DNA from: Patescibacteria group bacterium
GTDB taxonomy: Bacteria; Patescibacteriota; Minisyncoccia; UBA6257; UBA9933
NCBI GenBank assembly: GCA_038065035.1
Contig: JBBTRV010000004.1
Location: 51,798 to 115,797, forward strand
Direction: 5' to 3'
DNA length: 64,000 bases
In this document: positions 61,733 to 64,000 of the stretch, one piece after another
Position numbering within the stretch: the stretch's first letter is position 1
Layout of the letters: each line of letters starts with the position of its first letter
Translations under genes and position numbers: made by a program
Notes under the pieces: generated by a model
Told to the model about the DNA's origin: nothing
Databases searched by the model: none
What the model saw: only the letters and a program-made list of their open reading frames with translations

Positions 61733-63709
61733 ATGCAAATTTTAATTCTTATCCCGGCATTTTTAGCGATTATCTATAGTTTTTATATTATTTATTGGCT
61801 CCGCAAACAACCGGAAGGCGACGAGTCAATGAAGGAAATTTCCAACGCCATTCGCGCCGGCGCTAATGCTTATCTTAATCGCCAGTCAAGGGCTATTGCA
61901 GTAGTCGCTGTTATTTTATCAATCATTCTTTATTTCACTTTTGGTTGGATTTCGGTTGTTGGATTTTTAATTGGCGCCATTGCTTCGGCAGTTGCCGGCT
62001 ATATCGGCATGAATATCGCGGTGCGTTCCAATTCTAAAACAACTGAAGCCGCTAAAAAAGGGTTGGCATCGGCATTGCGGCTGGCTTTTAATGCCGGCTC
62101 GGTTACCGGTTTTTTAGTGGCGGCACTGGGCTTATTAAGCGTAAGCATTTTTTATTATTTAGTTGATGATGTCCGGCCGCTGATATCATTAAGCTTCGGC
62201 GCGAGTTTGATTTCGGTTTTTGCCCGTTTGGGAGGCGGTATTTATACTAAAGCCGCTGATGTTGGGGCGGATTTGGTCGGCAAGGTAGAAGCCGGTATTC
62301 CTGAAGACGATCCTCGTAATCCGGCGGTTATCGCCGATAATGTCGGGGATAATGTCGGCGATTGCGCCGGAATGGCTGCTGACTTATTTGAAACTTATGT
62401 TGTCACTTTAACCGCGGCTTTGCTTTTAGGGTCTTTAGTAATCGGCCAAAATGGCATTGCTTTTGTTATTTCTTTGGCTTCGGTGGCTATCTTGGCTTCT
62501 ATAATCGGCAGTTTTTTCGTAAGACTTGGCAAATCAAACGGATCGGGAAAAATTATGCGCGCTCTTTATAAAGGTTTCTTGTCGTCAATTATAGTTTCCG
62601 CGATTCTTTTTTATCCTTTGACAAAATATTATTTTGCCGGAGATTATTTGAATATATTTTTCAGCGCTTTAGTTGGTTTAGTAGTAACGGTATTTATGGT
62701 TTTTATTACCGATTATTATACTGCCAAGCATTATCGGCCGGTTCAATCTATTGCCGAAGCGTCTGTTTCCGGACATGGCACTAATATTATTATGGGTTTG
62801 GCGGTTGGAATGGAAGCGACATTTTTGCCGATAATCGTGATTATTGCCGGTATTTTAATCAGTTTCTGGCTGGCCGGACTTTTTGGAATTGCGATTTCCG
62901 CGATGGCGATGCTTTCAGCCGCCGGCATGGTTGTGGCAATTGATTCTTTCGGGCCGATTACCGACAACGCCGGAGGCATTGCGGAAATGACTAATCAGCC
63001 TCAAGAAGTGCGCGAGATAACAGACAGCCTTGACGCGGTTGGCAATACTACAAAGGCGATAACTAAGGGATATGCCATTGCTTCGGCTGGCTTGGCCGCT
63101 TTGGTTTTGTTTGCCAGCTATGTTGAAGAAGTTAAATTATTTATAAGCGATATTGCTTTTGATTTGCAGGACCCCGATGTAATCGCCGGCTTGCTTTTAG
63201 GAGCGGCTATTCCATATTTATTTTCTTCAATGGCGATGCGGGCAGTCGGAAAAACTGCCGGCGCTGTGGTTGATGAAGTAAGAAGGCAGTTTCGGGAAAT
63301 CAGCGGCATTATGGAAGGTACTGCCAAGCCGGAATACGGCAAAGCAGTTGATATTGTAACTAAAGCCGCTTTGCGGCAGATGATTATTCCTTCGCTTATT
63401 CCGATAGTTTCTGTTTTAGTTGTCGGCTTTGCGCTTGGCGCGAAGTCGTTAGGAGGATTTTTAATCGGTTCTATTATTTCAGGGTTATTTATCGCCATTA
63501 AAATGACTTCCGGCGGAGCGGCTTGGGATAACGCTAAAAAGCATATTGAATCAGGAAATCATGGCGGCAAAGGTTCGGAAGCGCATAAGGCGGCAGTAAC
63601 CGGCGATACGGTCGGCGACCCATATAAAGATACTGCCGGTCCGGCGATTAATCCATTGATAAAAGTAATTAATATTGTAGCATTATTAATAGTTAGATTT
63701 TTAAAATAA
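61733..63709 (+). CDS. hppA: Membrane-bound proton-translocating pyrophosphatase
   Basis: About 15 TM helices. GDNVGDCAG and [13 protein letters not shown] signature motifs. Confidence 0.9.
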   Translation: MQILILIPAFLAIIYSFYIIYWLRKQPEGDESMKEISNAIRAGANAYLNRQSRAIAVVAVILSIILYFTFGWISVVGFLIGAIASAVAGYIGMNIAVRSNSKTTEAAKKGLASALRLAFNAGSVTGFLVAALGLLSVSIFYYLVDDVRPLISLSFGASLISVFARLGGGIYTKAADVGADLVGKVEAGIPEDDPRNPAVIADNVGDNVGDCAGMAADLFETYVVTLTAALLLGSLVIGQNGIAFVISLASVAILASIIGSFFVRLGKSNGSGKIMRALYKGFLSSIIVSAILFYPLTKYYFAGDYLNIFFSALVGLVVTVFMVFITDYYTAKHYRPVQSIAEASVSGHGTNIIMGLAVGMEATFLPIIVIIAGILISFWLAGLFGIAISAMAMLSAAGMVVAIDSFGPITDNAGGIAEMTNQPQEVREITDSLDAVGNTTKAITKGYAIASAGLAALVLFASYVEEVKLFISDIAFDLQDPDVIAGLLLGAAIPYLFSSMAMRAVGKTAGAVVDEVRRQFREISGIMEGTAKPEYGKAVDIVTKAALRQMIIPSLIPIVSVLVVGFALGAKSLGGFLIGSIISGLFIAIKMTSGGAAWDNAKKHIESGNHGGKGSEAHKAAVTGDTVGDPYKDTAGPAINPLIKVINIVALLIVRFLK

Positions 63710-63715
63710 ATTTTA

Positions 63716-64000
63716 TGCTAATACCAACAGTAATAGAAAAATCACAATATGGCGAAAGAGCTTATGATATTTATTCAAGATTATTAAAAGATCGCATTAT
63801 TTTCCTTGGCGGGCCGATTATGGACCAGGTGGCAAATAGCATTATCGCCCAGCTTTTATTTTTAGAGCACGAAGATCCGAAAAAAGACATTATTCTTTAT
63901 ATTAATAGTCCGGGCGGAGTGGTGACTGCCGGCATGGCAATTTACGATACTATGCAGCATGTTAAGCCAGATGTTTCAACTATTTGCGTTGGCATGGCGG
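63716..64000 (+). CDS. clpP: ATP-dependent Clp protease proteolytic subunit (5' part, runs off the window)
   Basis: [25 protein letters not shown]...[18 protein letters not shown] includes the active-site Ser region. Confidence 0.85.

Noticed and set aside
1-64000. CRISPR arrays or cas genes
   Set aside because: No array of regularly spaced 25-40-nt direct repeats is visible anywhere. The only tandem repeats are short heptamers (43293-43327, 14790-14825) and protein-level domain repeats.

Overview
This is a low-GC (~35%) bacterial chromosome segment with Patescibacteria/CPR-like hallmarks. TGA is used as a stop (e.g. 2290), so there is no evidence of a recoded genetic code. There is one tRNA (Glu-TTC) and no rRNA or CRISPR array. 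In order, the window holds: a ~14 kb surface-glycan cluster (265-14558: three Zn-ribbon SAM methyltransferases, GT2/GT4 transferases, a Wzy-like polymerase, a CapE/CapF/WecB-like UDP-L-FucNAc-type pathway, a Wzx flippase and a priming phosphotransferase); a small redox operon (SPW membrane protein, glutaredoxin-like protein, thioredoxin reductase); an LTD-domain protein and a giant TPR membrane protein; a pair of SPFH proteins facing a divergently transcribed FtsK/HerA-like ATPase; pheS and tRNA-Glu; a 1091-aa secreted phospholipase-C-like/LTD/FN3 protein; a SpoU methyltransferase, CapA, and a HEPN/MNT toxin-antitoxin pair; a PG-binding repeat protein; a HATPase plus STAS-like cassette sitting on a duplicated rpiB 5' end; rpiB, an archaeal-type PdaD-like gene, gap, and a RelE-like toxin-antitoxin pair; a DUF5667-like gene with an in-frame TAA; rpe, a split transketolase with three genes inserted between its halves, a PfkB kinase, fba and rnhB; a possibly horizontally acquired nucleotide-metabolism block (thyA, a DHFR-HIT fusion, dCMP deaminase, a cytidylyltransferase-like protein, an HD 5'-nucleotidase); rpmF, nusB, rnc, a hinge-less short SMC, rpsP and a KH protein; a ~4 kb AT-rich restriction-modification/defence-like island inserted before trmD; then nusA, an H+-pyrophosphatase and the start of clpP. 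The main leads are the island in the rpsP-trmD operon, the HATPase/STAS cassette with a flanking duplication and an alternative RNA structure over its start codon, the DHFR-HIT fusion, two genes cut by in-frame TAA codons, and three gene breaks at poly-A runs.
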